Positions 27,206 to 36,868 of a stretch of DNA of 64,000 nucleotides are shown in pieces. The translations under genes and the position numbers were made by a program. The number at the start of each line of letters is the position of its first letter. Positions within the stretch are counted from its first letter, which is position 1. The notes below the pieces were generated by a model. The model had not been told where the DNA came from. It searched no databases and was given only the letters and a program-made list of their open reading frames with translations. The stretch comes from Microthrixaceae bacterium (lineage in GTDB: Bacteria > Actinomycetota > Acidimicrobiia > Acidimicrobiales > VFJN01), in assembly GCA_052390255.1 (NCBI GenBank), contig JBQTHC010000006.1, forward strand, positions 842 through 64,841. Direction: 5' to 3'.

Positions 27206-28189
27206 GTGAGCGACGCCGGCGGCGAGGTGGAGGCGTTCCGGCACGTGCCGGTGCTCCTCGAGCACGTCGTCGAGCTCTTCGCCCCCGTGCCGCCCGGTTG
27301 GGTGGTCGACGCCACCGTCGGTGGCGGGGGGCATGCTGCAGCGATCCTCGAGCGCCATCAGCACCTCCGGGTGCTCGGGCTCGACCAGGACGCCGATGCA
27401 CTCGCAGCCGCGGCGGACCGGCTCGCACCCTTCGGGGAGCGGGCGATCGTGCACGGGACTCGGTTCGACGCCTTGGAACAGACCGTGCAGCACCTGAATG
27501 CGACTCCAGTGAGCGGCGTGCTCTTCGACCTCGGGGTGAGCTCCCCGCAGCTCGACCGCGCCGAGCGCGGCTTCAGCTACCGGCAGGACGCGCCGCTCGA
27601 CATGCGCATGGATCGCACCCAGCAGCGCACTGCGGCCGACGTGGTGAACGACACCGATGAGCGCGAGCTGGCGTCGATCCTCGCTCGGCTTGGCGACGAG
27701 CGGTTCGCGAACCGAATCGCCAAGGCGATCGTCGCGGCGCGCCCGGTGCGCTCTACCGGCACCCTCGCCGAGGTCGTGCGAGACGCGATCCCCGCACCCG
27801 CTCGGCGCACCGGCGGCCATCCCGCGAAGCGCACCTTCCAGGCGATCCGCATCGCGGTGAACGACGAGCTCGAGATCCTCCCGACGGCGATCGACCAAGC
27901 GATCGATGTGCTCGCGCCAGGAGGGCGCTGCGCGGTGCTGTCGTACCACTCCGGGGAGGACCGGATCGTGAAGGCACGACTTCGCCACGCCGCCACGGGC
28001 GGGTGGCACGGGCCCTCGCACCTTCCTCCGCCCAGCGACGTGCGTCCAACGGTCCGGCTCCTCAAGGCCGGCTCGTGGACGCCGTCGCGGGCGGAGTCCA
28101 CCGCCAACCCGCGCGCCTCGAGCGCACGCCTGCGGGCCGCTCAGAAGCTCGACATCCAGCCCGCCACAACCCGTCGAGCCGCACGATGA
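27206..28189 (+). CDS. rsmH: 16S rRNA (cytosine1402-N4)-methyltransferase
   Basis: HVPVLL, DATVGGGGHA, DLGVSSPQLD and SYHSGEDRIVK motifs. The start codon is GTG. Confidence 0.95.
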   Translation: MSDAGGEVEAFRHVPVLLEHVVELFAPVPPGWVVDATVGGGGHAAAILERHQHLRVLGLDQDADALAAAADRLAPFGERAIVHGTRFDALEQTVQHLNATPVSGVLFDLGVSSPQLDRAERGFSYRQDAPLDMRMDRTQQRTAADVVNDTDERELASILARLGDERFANRIAKAIVAARPVRSTGTLAEVVRDAIPAPARRTGGHPAKRTFQAIRIAVNDELEILPTAIDQAIDVLAPGGRCAVLSYHSGEDRIVKARLRHAATGGWHGPSHLPPPSDVRPTVRLLKAGSWTPSRAESTANPRASSARLRAAQKLDIQPATTRRAAR

Positions 28190-28713
28190 GCACGGTCGAA
28201 GCGCCACCCCGCGCGTACCCCACGCGCGGCGCGGCTGCGCTCGTCACGACGCCCCAGCGCCGCGCCGAGCCGCTTCAGGTCCCGGTCCCGCCGAAGCGGA
28301 CCTCTCGCCCCGGGCACCTGCGCGTCGTGCGGCCGACCGACCGAGTGCGGCGGCGGCTCACGCCCGCTGCGGGCGTCGTCCTCACCGGCGTGCTGTTCGC
28401 GACGCTCCTCGCGATCGCGATCGCCCACGCCTTGCTCGTGCAGGGTCAGGTCCGTCTCGACGGGCTCGACACACAGCTCACCGCGGAACAGGCGCGCTAT
28501 CAGGAGCTGCGCACGCAGGTGGCCGAGATGGAGTCGCCGGCGCGCGTCGTCGCTGCCGCGCAGGCGCTCGGGATGGTCGCGCCCGACGACCTCGTCTACC
28601 TCCAGCCAGAGGCGACGCTCGCGCCCGCGACCGCCTCGCCCGACGTCCGCAACCCCGACACCGGATCCGATTGGTCAGCGATGAAGCCGCTGCTGGAGGC
28701 GCCCGCGCCATGA
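28186..28713 (+). CDS. ftsL: FtsL-like cell-division protein
   Basis: Positional call. It has a single TM (VVLTGVLFATLLAIAIAHALL) followed by a coiled coil. ATG 28186 overlaps the rsmH stop (ATGA). Confidence 0.65.
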   Translation: MSTVEAPPRAYPTRGAAALVTTPQRRAEPLQVPVPPKRTSRPGHLRVVRPTDRVRRRLTPAAGVVLTGVLFATLLAIAIAHALLVQGQVRLDGLDTQLTAEQARYQELRTQVAEMESPARVVAAAQALGMVAPDDLVYLQPEATLAPATASPDVRNPDTGSDWSAMKPLLEAPAP

Positions 28714-30737
28714 CCCCCGTCGGGCCGCCCCGCAACGCTCCCCGGACCCGCCGACCTCCGGAACCACGCCCCGCCTCGAAGCGGGGCGTGGCCGCGCGAC
28801 CGGGTCCCAGCTCCACCGCGCCCCGCGCACGCCGCGCTCCCGCGCCCCGCACTCGGCGGACCGCGCCGAGTGCGCGACCGGGTCGCCCCCGCGTGCGGCT
28901 GTCGATCGCGCTCACCGTGCTGCTCCTCGCGTTCGGTGTCATCGCCGCCCGCCTCGTGGACCTGCAAGCGGTCGGTGGCCGCGAGTACACGGCGTTCGGC
29001 GTGTCGCAGCGCTTCCAGGACATCACCCTCGCCGCGGACCGCGGCTCGATCTTCGATCGCAACGGCAACGATCTCGCGGTCAGCATCCCGCAGCGCACGG
29101 TCTGGGCCGATCCACGCCTCGTGGAGGACCCGAGCACGACGGTCGCGGCCCTCGCACCGATCCTCGGGTTCGACAGCGCCGCCGCGACCGGCCTCCTCGC
29201 GAAGCTCAGCGGCCCTGCGAGCTTCGTCTACGTCGCGCGTCGCGTGAGCGACGACGTGGCCGACAAGATCGCCAAGGTCATCGCGGACAACCCGAAGACC
29301 GCCAAGCAGGAGGGGCTGCGCGGCATCTACTTCCTCGACGAGCCCAAGCGCTTCGCGCCCGCGGGCGATCTGGGTCGTTCCATCCTGGGTCAGGTGGGTG
29401 TCGACAACGAGGGGTTGTCGGGCCTCGAGCTGCAGTACGACGACGTGCTCACCGGCACCCCGGGTGAGCTCGTCGTGGAGAAGGCGCCCGGCGGGCGCAC
29501 GATCCCCGGTGGCAAGCAGCAGCTCAAGCCGGCGTCACGCGGCGACGACCTCGTGCTCTCGATCGACCGGTCGATGCAGTACGAGGCCGAGCGGGCGCTC
29601 GGGGCGCAGATCCTTGCGAAGGGCGCGAAGGCGGGCATGGCCATCGTCTCCAAGCCTGAGACGGGCGAGATCCTCGCGCTGGCGAACCTCGCGAAAGACC
29701 CCAAGACGGGCATCGTGCGAGCGGTCGGGAACAACATGGCAGCCACCGCGGTCTACGAACCGGGCTCGGTCAACAAGGTGATCACCGTCGCTGCAGCGCT
29801 CGAGGAGGGACTCGTGTCGCCTGCGACCGAGTTCGAGGTCCCAGACCGTCTGCAGGTGGGCGACCACGTCTTCTCCGACAACGAGCCGCATCCGTCGGAG
29901 AAGTTCTCCGTCACGCGCATCCTCACGGAGTCCTCGAACATCGGCACGATCAAGATCGCCGAGCAGCTCGGAAAGGACCGCCTCGACACCTATCTGCGAC
30001 GCTTCGGGTTCGGCACGAGGACCGTGCTCGGCTTCCCGAACGAGGCGCCCGGCATCCTGCTCGATCCCGCGGACTACAGCGGGACGTCGATGGGCTCGAT
30101 CCCGATCGGTCAGGGGATCGCGGTGACCGCGCTCCAGATGCTCGAGGCGTACAACGTGCTCGCGAACGACGGTGTGTACGTGCCTCCGAAGCTCGTCCTC
30201 CAGACCGTCGGCGCCGACGGCGTGGCGCGCCCGACCAAGTCCGGCCCATCTCGCCGGGTCGTCTCCACGGCGACCGCCACCCGGATGCGCGACATGCTGG
30301 CGAACGTGGTCGCAGAGGGCACCGGCACCCGCGGTGGCATCACCGGCTACACGGTTGCCGGCAAGACGGGAACAGCTCGCAAGCCGCTCGCGACAGGCGG
30401 CTACCGAGACGCAGCCGGCTATCACTACGTGGCGACGTTCGCGGGGTTCGTGCCCGCGGAGCGCCCGGAGCTGTCCATCATCGTCGTCATCGACGAACCA
30501 GTAGGGGACATCTACGGAGGGACCGTCGCAGCGCCCGTGTTCGCGGACCTCGCGCAGTACGGCTTGCGCCTCTTCCGCATCCCCCCGCCCCTCGTGACGC
30601 GCGCCCCCGCGCCCGACACGGCGGCGGCCGACGCACGCTCCCTCGACCCCACCGTGGCCACCGTCCCGCCCCGGGTCCGCGCCACCGCCGCGACCTCGAC
30701 GACGACCTCCACCGCACCGTCCGCCGCGGGGCGGTGA
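28710..30737 (+). CDS. ftsI: class B penicillin-binding protein / peptidoglycan D,D-transpeptidase
   Basis: SxxK (GSVNK), SSN and KTG(T) motifs. ATG 28710 overlaps the ftsL stop (ATGA). Confidence 0.9.
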   Translation: MTPVGPPRNAPRTRRPPEPRPASKRGVAARPGPSSTAPRARRAPAPRTRRTAPSARPGRPRVRLSIALTVLLLAFGVIAARLVDLQAVGGREYTAFGVSQRFQDITLAADRGSIFDRNGNDLAVSIPQRTVWADPRLVEDPSTTVAALAPILGFDSAAATGLLAKLSGPASFVYVARRVSDDVADKIAKVIADNPKTAKQEGLRGIYFLDEPKRFAPAGDLGRSILGQVGVDNEGLSGLELQYDDVLTGTPGELVVEKAPGGRTIPGGKQQLKPASRGDDLVLSIDRSMQYEAERALGAQILAKGAKAGMAIVSKPETGEILALANLAKDPKTGIVRAVGNNMAATAVYEPGSVNKVITVAAALEEGLVSPATEFEVPDRLQVGDHVFSDNEPHPSEKFSVTRILTESSNIGTIKIAEQLGKDRLDTYLRRFGFGTRTVLGFPNEAPGILLDPADYSGTSMGSIPIGQGIAVTALQMLEAYNVLANDGVYVPPKLVLQTVGADGVARPTKSGPSRRVVSTATATRMRDMLANVVAEGTGTRGGITGYTVAGKTGTARKPLATGGYRDAAGYHYVATFAGFVPAERPELSIIVVIDEPVGDIYGGTVAAPVFADLAQYGLRLFRIPPPLVTRAPAPDTAAADARSLDPTVATVPPRVRATAATSTTTSTAPSAAGR

Positions 30738-30740
30738 GCG

Positions 30741-32162
30741 GTGCGGCTCGGCACGCTCCTCGACCACCTCGTCGATCAGCCGCTGCGACTCGGGTCGGTC
30801 GACGCTCGTCGGCTCGCGGGCAGCGCGGGCGTCCCCGACACCCGCGCCGTCGAACCGGGCGCGCTGTTCTGCTGCGTCCCCGGCGCCCACGTCGACGGTC
30901 ACGACCTCGCCGCCGACGCCGTCGAGCGGGGCGCGGTCGCGCTGCTCGTCGAGCGGCCGCTCGGCCTCGGCGTGCCCGAGCTCACCGTGCCGTCGGTCCG
31001 CGCAGCGCTCGGCCCGGTCTCCGCCGCCTTCTGGGGCCATCCCTCGAGCGCGATGCAGGTCATCGGCGTCACCGGGACGAGCGGCAAGACCACGACCACC
31101 CACCTCCTCGCGGCGATCAGCGAAGCGCACGGGTGGACGACGGCGGTGATCGGCACGCTCAGCGGGCCCCGCACCACCCCCGAGGCCCCAGAGCTGCAAG
31201 CTCGCCTCGCTGCGGAGCGCGATCGAGGGTGCGCGGCTGTCGCGATGGAGGTGTCCTCGCACGCGCTCGCGCTCGGTCGAGTGCGCGCGACGTCCTTCGC
31301 GGTGGGGGTCTTCACGAACCTCTCGCACGACCACCTCGACTTCCACCGCGATCTCGACTCGTACTTCGAGGCCAAGGCGCTCCTGTTCACCCCGGAGTAC
31401 ACGCAGCGCGCGGTCGTGAACCTGGACGACGCGCACGGACGCAAGCTCGCGACCCGCGCGCTCGTGCCGACGGTCGGGTACACCCTCGCCGACGCGGCTG
31501 CGCTCGAGGTCGGCACCCTCCGGAGCACCTTCCGCTGGCACGGCCACCAGATCCACCTGCCGCTCGGCGGGCGCTTCAACGTGTACAACGCGCTCGCCGC
31601 GGCGGGAGCCGCGCTCGAGCTCGGCATCCCCGAGGACGCCATCGTGAGGGGCCTCGCGGGGGCCACGCCCGTCCCGGGCCGCTTCGAGCCGGTCGACGAG
31701 GGCCAGCCCTTCGCCGTGCTCGTCGACTTCTCCCACAAGCCCGGGGCACTGGCCGGCGCGCTGGATGCGGCGCGTGACGCCTCCCCGGGTGGAAGGGTGA
31801 TCCTCGTGTTCGGGGCCGGTGGGGATCGTGACGCCACGAAGCGGCCGGAGATGGGTGAGGTGGCCTCCCGCCTCGCCGATCGGGTACTCCTGACCTCCGA
31901 CAACCCGAGAGGAGAGGATCCCCTGGCGATCATCGAGATGGTGCGAGCGGGCATGGCCCCGGGGTCTGACTGCACGATCGAGCCCGACCGCGCCACCGCC
32001 ATCGCCCTTGCGATCGGCGAGGCGCGGGTTGGCGACGTCGTGCTCATCGCCGGGAAGGGCCACGAGGTCGAGCAGATCCTGTCGGACCGTGCGGTCCCCT
32101 TCGACGATCGCGAGGTCGCGCGCACCGCGCTCAGGGTCCGACGGGAGGGCCGCGGGTGGTAG
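30741..32162 (+). CDS. murE: UDP-N-acetylmuramoyl-L-alanyl-D-glutamate--2,6-diaminopimelate ligase
   Basis: GVTGTSGKTTT P-loop and the DNPR motif (TSDNPRGEDP), which is associated with meso-DAP specificity. Length is 473 aa. Confidence 0.9.
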   Translation: MRLGTLLDHLVDQPLRLGSVDARRLAGSAGVPDTRAVEPGALFCCVPGAHVDGHDLAADAVERGAVALLVERPLGLGVPELTVPSVRAALGPVSAAFWGHPSSAMQVIGVTGTSGKTTTTHLLAAISEAHGWTTAVIGTLSGPRTTPEAPELQARLAAERDRGCAAVAMEVSSHALALGRVRATSFAVGVFTNLSHDHLDFHRDLDSYFEAKALLFTPEYTQRAVVNLDDAHGRKLATRALVPTVGYTLADAAALEVGTLRSTFRWHGHQIHLPLGGRFNVYNALAAAGAALELGIPEDAIVRGLAGATPVPGRFEPVDEGQPFAVLVDFSHKPGALAGALDAARDASPGGRVILVFGAGGDRDATKRPEMGEVASRLADRVLLTSDNPRGEDPLAIIEMVRAGMAPGSDCTIEPDRATAIALAIGEARVGDVVLIAGKGHEVEQILSDRAVPFDDREVARTALRVRREGRGW

Positions 32163-33190
32163 CGCTCCTGCTGGCCGCGGGCCTTGCGGGAGTCGCGTCG
32201 CTGTTCGGCACGAAGCTGCTGATCGGTTGGCTCACCGCGCATCGCCTCGGCCAGCCGATCCACGAGGACGTCCCGGAGGGGCACACCGTCAAGGCGGGCA
32301 CGCCCACCATGGGAGGTGTCGCGATCGTGGTGTCGGCGGTCATCGGGTACCTGGCCGCGCACGTGCGCAGCAACCTCGTGTACACACGCACGGGGGTGCT
32401 CGTGATGCTCTGCATCGTCGCTGCCGGCCTCGTCGGGTTGCTCGACGATTGGATCAAGGTCCGCAACGAGCGCAACCTCGGACTGACCAAGTCGGCGAAG
32501 ACGGCCGGGTTGCTCGTCGTGGCGGTGGGCTTCGCGGTGACCACGGTGCTGTGGACCGACGTCGAGACGACGCTCTCCTTCACCCGATGGAACAGCCCGG
32601 GGTGGCAGATCGGAACCGTCGGCTGGTGCGTGTGGGCCGTGCTGCTGATCTATGCGACGACGAACGGCGTGAACCTCACCGACGGTCTCGACGGCCTGGC
32701 GGCCGGCTCGTCGATCTTCGCCTACTCCTGCCTGATGGTCATCGGCTTCTGGGCCTTCCGACACTTCGACACCTATCAGATCAACCACGCGCTCGACATC
32801 GCCGTGGTCGCCGCCGCGATGGTGGGCGCGTGTGCTGGCTTCCTGTGGTGGAACGCGGCGCCGGCGAAGATCTTCATGGGCGACACCGGCGCGCTCGCGA
32901 TCGGGGCCGGGGTCGCGTCGCTCGCGCTCACGTTGAACGTGCAGCTGCTCCTGCCGATCGTCGGAGCGCTCTACGTCACCGAGTCGCTCTCGGTGATCCT
33001 GCAAGTCGGCAGCTTCCGACTGTTCAAGCGCCGGATCTTCCGCATGGCGCCGATCCATCACCACTTCGAGCTCGGTGGATGGCCGGAGACCACGGTGATC
33101 ATCCGGTTCTGGCTGATCGCCGGCATGTGCATGGCACTCGCTCTTGGCCTCTACTACGCGGACTTCATCGGGACGGGTGGTCTGGATTGA
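32156..33190 (+). CDS. mraY: phospho-N-acetylmuramoyl-pentapeptide transferase
   Basis: GTPTMGG, NGVNLTDGLDGLA and MGDTGALA motifs. GTG 32156 overlaps the murE stop by 7 nt. Confidence 0.95.
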   Translation: MVALLLAAGLAGVASLFGTKLLIGWLTAHRLGQPIHEDVPEGHTVKAGTPTMGGVAIVVSAVIGYLAAHVRSNLVYTRTGVLVMLCIVAAGLVGLLDDWIKVRNERNLGLTKSAKTAGLLVVAVGFAVTTVLWTDVETTLSFTRWNSPGWQIGTVGWCVWAVLLIYATTNGVNLTDGLDGLAAGSSIFAYSCLMVIGFWAFRHFDTYQINHALDIAVVAAAMVGACAGFLWWNAAPAKIFMGDTGALAIGAGVASLALTLNVQLLLPIVGALYVTESLSVILQVGSFRLFKRRIFRMAPIHHHFELGGWPETTVIIRFWLIAGMCMALALGLYYADFIGTGGLD

Positions 33191-34521
33191 CGGATCACCT
33201 CGTGCTCGGGCTCGGGGTGACGGGGCGGGCGGTGCTGCGAGCACTCGTCTCGCACGGTGAGGGCGTCGTCGCGGTCGACGACCGACCCACCGACGGGGGG
33301 AGGGCGCTCGTCACCGAGCTCGGAGTCGACCTCGTCGAGGCCCCGGACGCCGCTACGCTCGCGACGCTCGTCCGCCAGGTCGACGCGGTTGTCCCGAGCC
33401 CAGGCGTCCCTGACCGCCACCCGATCTTCGCGGCGGCAGAGGCCGCGCAGGTCCCGGTCCTGTCGGAGTTCGACCTTGCCGCGCGATGGGACGACCGGCC
33501 GCAGGTCGCGATCACCGGCACCGACGGCAAGACGACGGTCACGGAGCTCACTCGATCCATGCTCGAGGCGTCGGGGCGACGCGCGGTCGCCGTGGGCAAC
33601 ACGGAGGTGCCGCTCGTCGCGGCGATCGAGGACCCGTCCGTCGACGTGTTCGTCGTGGAGGCTTCCTCGTTCCGGCTGCTCCACTCTGCTCGATACGCGC
33701 CGACGGTCGGAACCTGGCTGAACGTCGCGCCGGACCATCTCGACAACCACGTGAGCTTCGAGGCGTACGTGGAGGCGAAGGCGAGGATCTGGGCACATCA
33801 GCGGCCGGATCACGTCGCGATCGGCAACGCCGACGACCCGATCGTCGCGCACCACCTGCGCGATGCACACGGGCGACACGAGACCTTCGGTCTCGGTCCC
33901 GGCGCCGACAACACCGTGGTGGGGGAGCGTCTCGTGCTGGCTGGAGGCTCTGCGCTCGCGGACCTGAGCGAGCTTCCCCGATCCTTTCCGCACGACGTCG
34001 CGAACGCGCTCGCCGCCGCGGCGAGTGCGCTGCATGGCGGAGGCACCGTGGAGGGCGCGCGCGCTGCACTGCTCGCGTTCGAGGGCCTCCCCCATCGGGT
34101 GTCGCTGGTGGGGGAGGCTGGAGGCGTGCGCTGGTACGACGACTCCAAGGCCACCGCTCCTCACGCGACGCTGGCTGCGCTCCGAGGCTTCCACTCGGTG
34201 GTGCTGATCGCCGGCGGGCGGAACAAGGGGCTCGATCTCGCGGACCTCCGTCAGGAGATGGCGCGCATCCGGGCTGTCGTGGCCATCGGTGAGGCGGGTC
34301 CAGCGGTGTCGGCGGTCTTCGACGGCGCTCGCCCCGTGCATACCGCGAGCTCGATGGATGAGGCCGTCGCGGTCGCGGCGGAGGCCGCGCGCTCGGGCGA
34401 CGTCGTGCTGCTGTCACCCGCCTGTGCGTCGTTCGACTGGTACGGCTCCTACGCCGAGCGCGGCGACGACTTCGTTCGTGCCGTGCGTACGCATCTGTCT
34501 GGCGCGAGGTCCCGCGCGTGA
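33187..34521 (+). CDS. murD: UDP-N-acetylmuramoylalanine--D-glutamate ligase
   Basis: VLGLGVTG Rossmann N-terminus and ITGTDGKTT P-loop. TTG 33187 overlaps the mraY stop (TTGA). GTG 33202 is an alternative start. Confidence 0.9.
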   Translation: MTDHLVLGLGVTGRAVLRALVSHGEGVVAVDDRPTDGGRALVTELGVDLVEAPDAATLATLVRQVDAVVPSPGVPDRHPIFAAAEAAQVPVLSEFDLAARWDDRPQVAITGTDGKTTVTELTRSMLEASGRRAVAVGNTEVPLVAAIEDPSVDVFVVEASSFRLLHSARYAPTVGTWLNVAPDHLDNHVSFEAYVEAKARIWAHQRPDHVAIGNADDPIVAHHLRDAHGRHETFGLGPGADNTVVGERLVLAGGSALADLSELPRSFPHDVANALAAAASALHGGGTVEGARAALLAFEGLPHRVSLVGEAGGVRWYDDSKATAPHATLAALRGFHSVVLIAGGRNKGLDLADLRQEMARIRAVVAIGEAGPAVSAVFDGARPVHTASSMDEAVAVAAEAARSGDVVLLSPACASFDWYGSYAERGDDFVRAVRTHLSGARSRA

Positions 34522-35750
34522 CCCGCACCTTCCACCGACCCCCGGCCGAGGACGACGTGTGGGACTCGCGGCGGCGTCATCCCACCGCGCGACCGGTGCG
34601 CCCGCCGACTCGCTCGAAGACCTTCGTCGGGCTCCTCGCGGTGATCACCACGCTCAACCTCCTCGGCATGGTCATGGTGCTGTCGGCGTCGTCGGTGACA
34701 GCGCTCGACACCTACGGCTCGATCTGGACGATCGCGCGGCGCCAGGGCGGATGGCTGTTGGGCAGTGCGATCGCGTGCGTGATGCTGATGCGGATCGACT
34801 ACCACCGTTGGCGGAAGCTCGCGGTGCCCGCACTGGTGGTGTCCGGCGTGCTGCTGGCGCTCGTGCTCGTGCCCGGCGTGGGCCGCAACGTGAACGGCGC
34901 GTCGCGCTGGCTGGGGTACGGACCGTTCTCCCTCCAGCCCTCCGAGCTCGCGAAGCTCGCGGTGCTCCTGTTCGCCGCCGACATCCTCGCCCGCCGTGCC
35001 GCGTGGATGCACGACGTGCGGCTCACGCTCGTCCCGGTCACGATCGTGTTCGGCGGCGTGTCGCTCTTCCTGATGCTGCAGCCGAACCTCGGCACGACGA
35101 TCGTCCTCGGAGCGATCGTCGTCTCGGTCCTGTTCGTCGCAGGAACGCCGATCGTGCCGCTGACGGGGCTCAGTGCCCTCGGCGCGCTCGCGGCGACCGT
35201 GCTCGCGCTCGCAGCCCCGTACCGGCGCGCCCGCGTGCTCGCGTTCCTCGATCCGTGGAAGGACTACCAGGGGACCGGCTTCCAGAACATCCAATCCCTC
35301 GTCGGGGTCGCGTCCGGCGGGATCACCGGGGTGGGTCTCGGGCAGAGCCGTGCGAAGTGGGGCTTCCTGCCGTACGCGCACACCGACTTCATCTTCGCCA
35401 TCATCGGCGAGGAGCTGGGACTCGTCGGGGCGATGGTGGTCGTCGCGCTGTTCGTCGCGCTCTGCATCCTCGGCGCCCGCGCGGCGGTCCTCGCTCCGGA
35501 TCGCTTCGGGATGCTGCTCGCGGCCGGCGTCACCGTGTGGTTCGGCGTGCAGGCCTTCATCAACATCGGCGCCGTCATCGGGATCCTGCCGATCACGGGC
35601 GTGCCCCTGCCGTTCGTCTCCTACGGCGGCTCGTCGCTCGTGTTCAGCATGGCTGCTGCCGGCCTCCTGCTGAACGTCGCACGACAGGCACAGCTTCCCG
35701 ATCCGCGACGTCGCCGTCCGGCGCGAGCCCCGGCATCCACGCGTCGGTGA
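34518..35750 (+). CDS. ftsW: SEDS-family peptidoglycan polymerase FtsW
   Basis: About ten TM segments, with PSELAKL, HTDFIFA and GVPLPFVSYGGSS motifs. GTG 34518 overlaps the murD stop (GTGA). Confidence 0.9.
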   Translation: MTRTFHRPPAEDDVWDSRRRHPTARPVRPPTRSKTFVGLLAVITTLNLLGMVMVLSASSVTALDTYGSIWTIARRQGGWLLGSAIACVMLMRIDYHRWRKLAVPALVVSGVLLALVLVPGVGRNVNGASRWLGYGPFSLQPSELAKLAVLLFAADILARRAAWMHDVRLTLVPVTIVFGGVSLFLMLQPNLGTTIVLGAIVVSVLFVAGTPIVPLTGLSALGALAATVLALAAPYRRARVLAFLDPWKDYQGTGFQNIQSLVGVASGGITGVGLGQSRAKWGFLPYAHTDFIFAIIGEELGLVGAMVVVALFVALCILGARAAVLAPDRFGMLLAAGVTVWFGVQAFINIGAVIGILPITGVPLPFVSYGGSSLVFSMAAAGLLLNVARQAQLPDPRRRRPARAPASTRR

Positions 35751-36868
35751 GCAGGCCCGCCGCCGCCACCTACGCCATCGTCACCGGGGGCGGTACCGCC
35801 GGGCACGTGCTTCCTGCGCTGGCGATCGCCGAGGCGATCGTCGCGGCAGGTCATCGACGTGAGTCGGTCCACTACGTAGGGAGCTTGCGTGGCATCGAGG
35901 CATCGCTCGTGCCACCGACGGGCTTCCCGATGACGCTCCTCCCCGGTCGGGGCATCCAACGGCGGCTCACGCCCGCCAACGTGACCGCGGCCGGTGGGCT
36001 GCTCATCGCCGTCGCGCGCTCGATCTTGCTCGTGCGTCGGCTTCGTCCAGCGATCGTGATCGCCGTGGGCGGCTACGCGAGCGTGGCCGTCGCGCTTGCG
36101 GCGGCGCTGTGGCGCGTTCCCGTGGTGGTGGCCGAGCAGAACGCCGTTCCCGGGGCCGCGAACCGCCTGATCGCCCGCTTCGCGCGCGTCAGTGCGGTCA
36201 GCTACCCCGGCACCACGCTGCCGCGGGCAGTGGTCACGGGGAACCCGGTCCGAGCAGAGATCCTCGAGATCGATCCGGCGCGAGACCGCCACGCCGCGCG
36301 CCGCGCGTTCGGCGTCGGCGAGGGTCGGCGTCTCGTGCTCGTCGTCGGGGGTTCGCTCGGGGCTCGGCGCATCAACCGTGCGGTGCTCGACGCGCTCCCG
36401 CGCTGGGCCGACCGCGGTGACCTGTCGATCCACCACATCGTGGGCGCACGAGACTGGGAGGAGGTCGAGCGGTCCAGTTCCACCGACCTCGCTCGACTCG
36501 AGTACCGCCGCGTGCGCTACGAGGAGAACATGCCAGCAGCGCTCGCCGCGGCGGACGTCGCCATCTGCCGGTCGGGGGCGAGCACCTGCTTCGAGCTCGC
36601 TGCCGTCGGCCTCCCGGCCGTGCTGGTCCCCTCGCCGCACGTCACCGCCGACCAACAGACGCGCAACGCTCGGCCACTTGCCGAGGCGGGCGGTGCGATC
36701 CTCGTGCCTGACGCAGAGCTCGACGGGAGCCGTCTCGTCCGCGAGGTCGATGCCCTGCTCGGCGACGACACGCGCCGCGCTGCCATGGCGCAGGCGGCGC
36801 TGGCATGGGCGCGACCGAACGCCGCCAGCGAGATCGCAGGGCTGGCCGCGGAGCACGCTCGTGTCTGA
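35747..36868 (+). CDS. murG: UDP-N-acetylglucosamine--N-acetylmuramyl-(pentapeptide) pyrophosphoryl-undecaprenol GlcNAc transferase
   Basis: TGGGTAGHVLPALA G-loop, AEQN, and GASTCFELAAVGLPAVLVP. GTG 35747 overlaps the ftsW stop (GTGA). Confidence 0.9.
   Translation: MSRPAAATYAIVTGGGTAGHVLPALAIAEAIVAAGHRRESVHYVGSLRGIEASLVPPTGFPMTLLPGRGIQRRLTPANVTAAGGLLIAVARSILLVRRLRPAIVIAVGGYASVAVALAAALWRVPVVVAEQNAVPGAANRLIARFARVSAVSYPGTTLPRAVVTGNPVRAEILEIDPARDRHAARRAFGVGEGRRLVLVVGGSLGARRINRAVLDALPRWADRGDLSIHHIVGARDWEEVERSSSTDLARLEYRRVRYEENMPAALAAADVAICRSGASTCFELAAVGLPAVLVPSPHVTADQQTRNARPLAEAGGAILVPDAELDGSRLVREVDALLGDDTRRAAMAQAALAWARPNAASEIAGLAAEHARV

Noticed and set aside
27018-27209. 63-aa ORF in the mraZ-rsmH spacer.
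   Set aside because: It overlaps the mraZ stop and the rsmH start. It has no SD or -10 geometry, and its product is Ser/Pro/Gly/Thr-rich and low in complexity. It is more likely non-coding.
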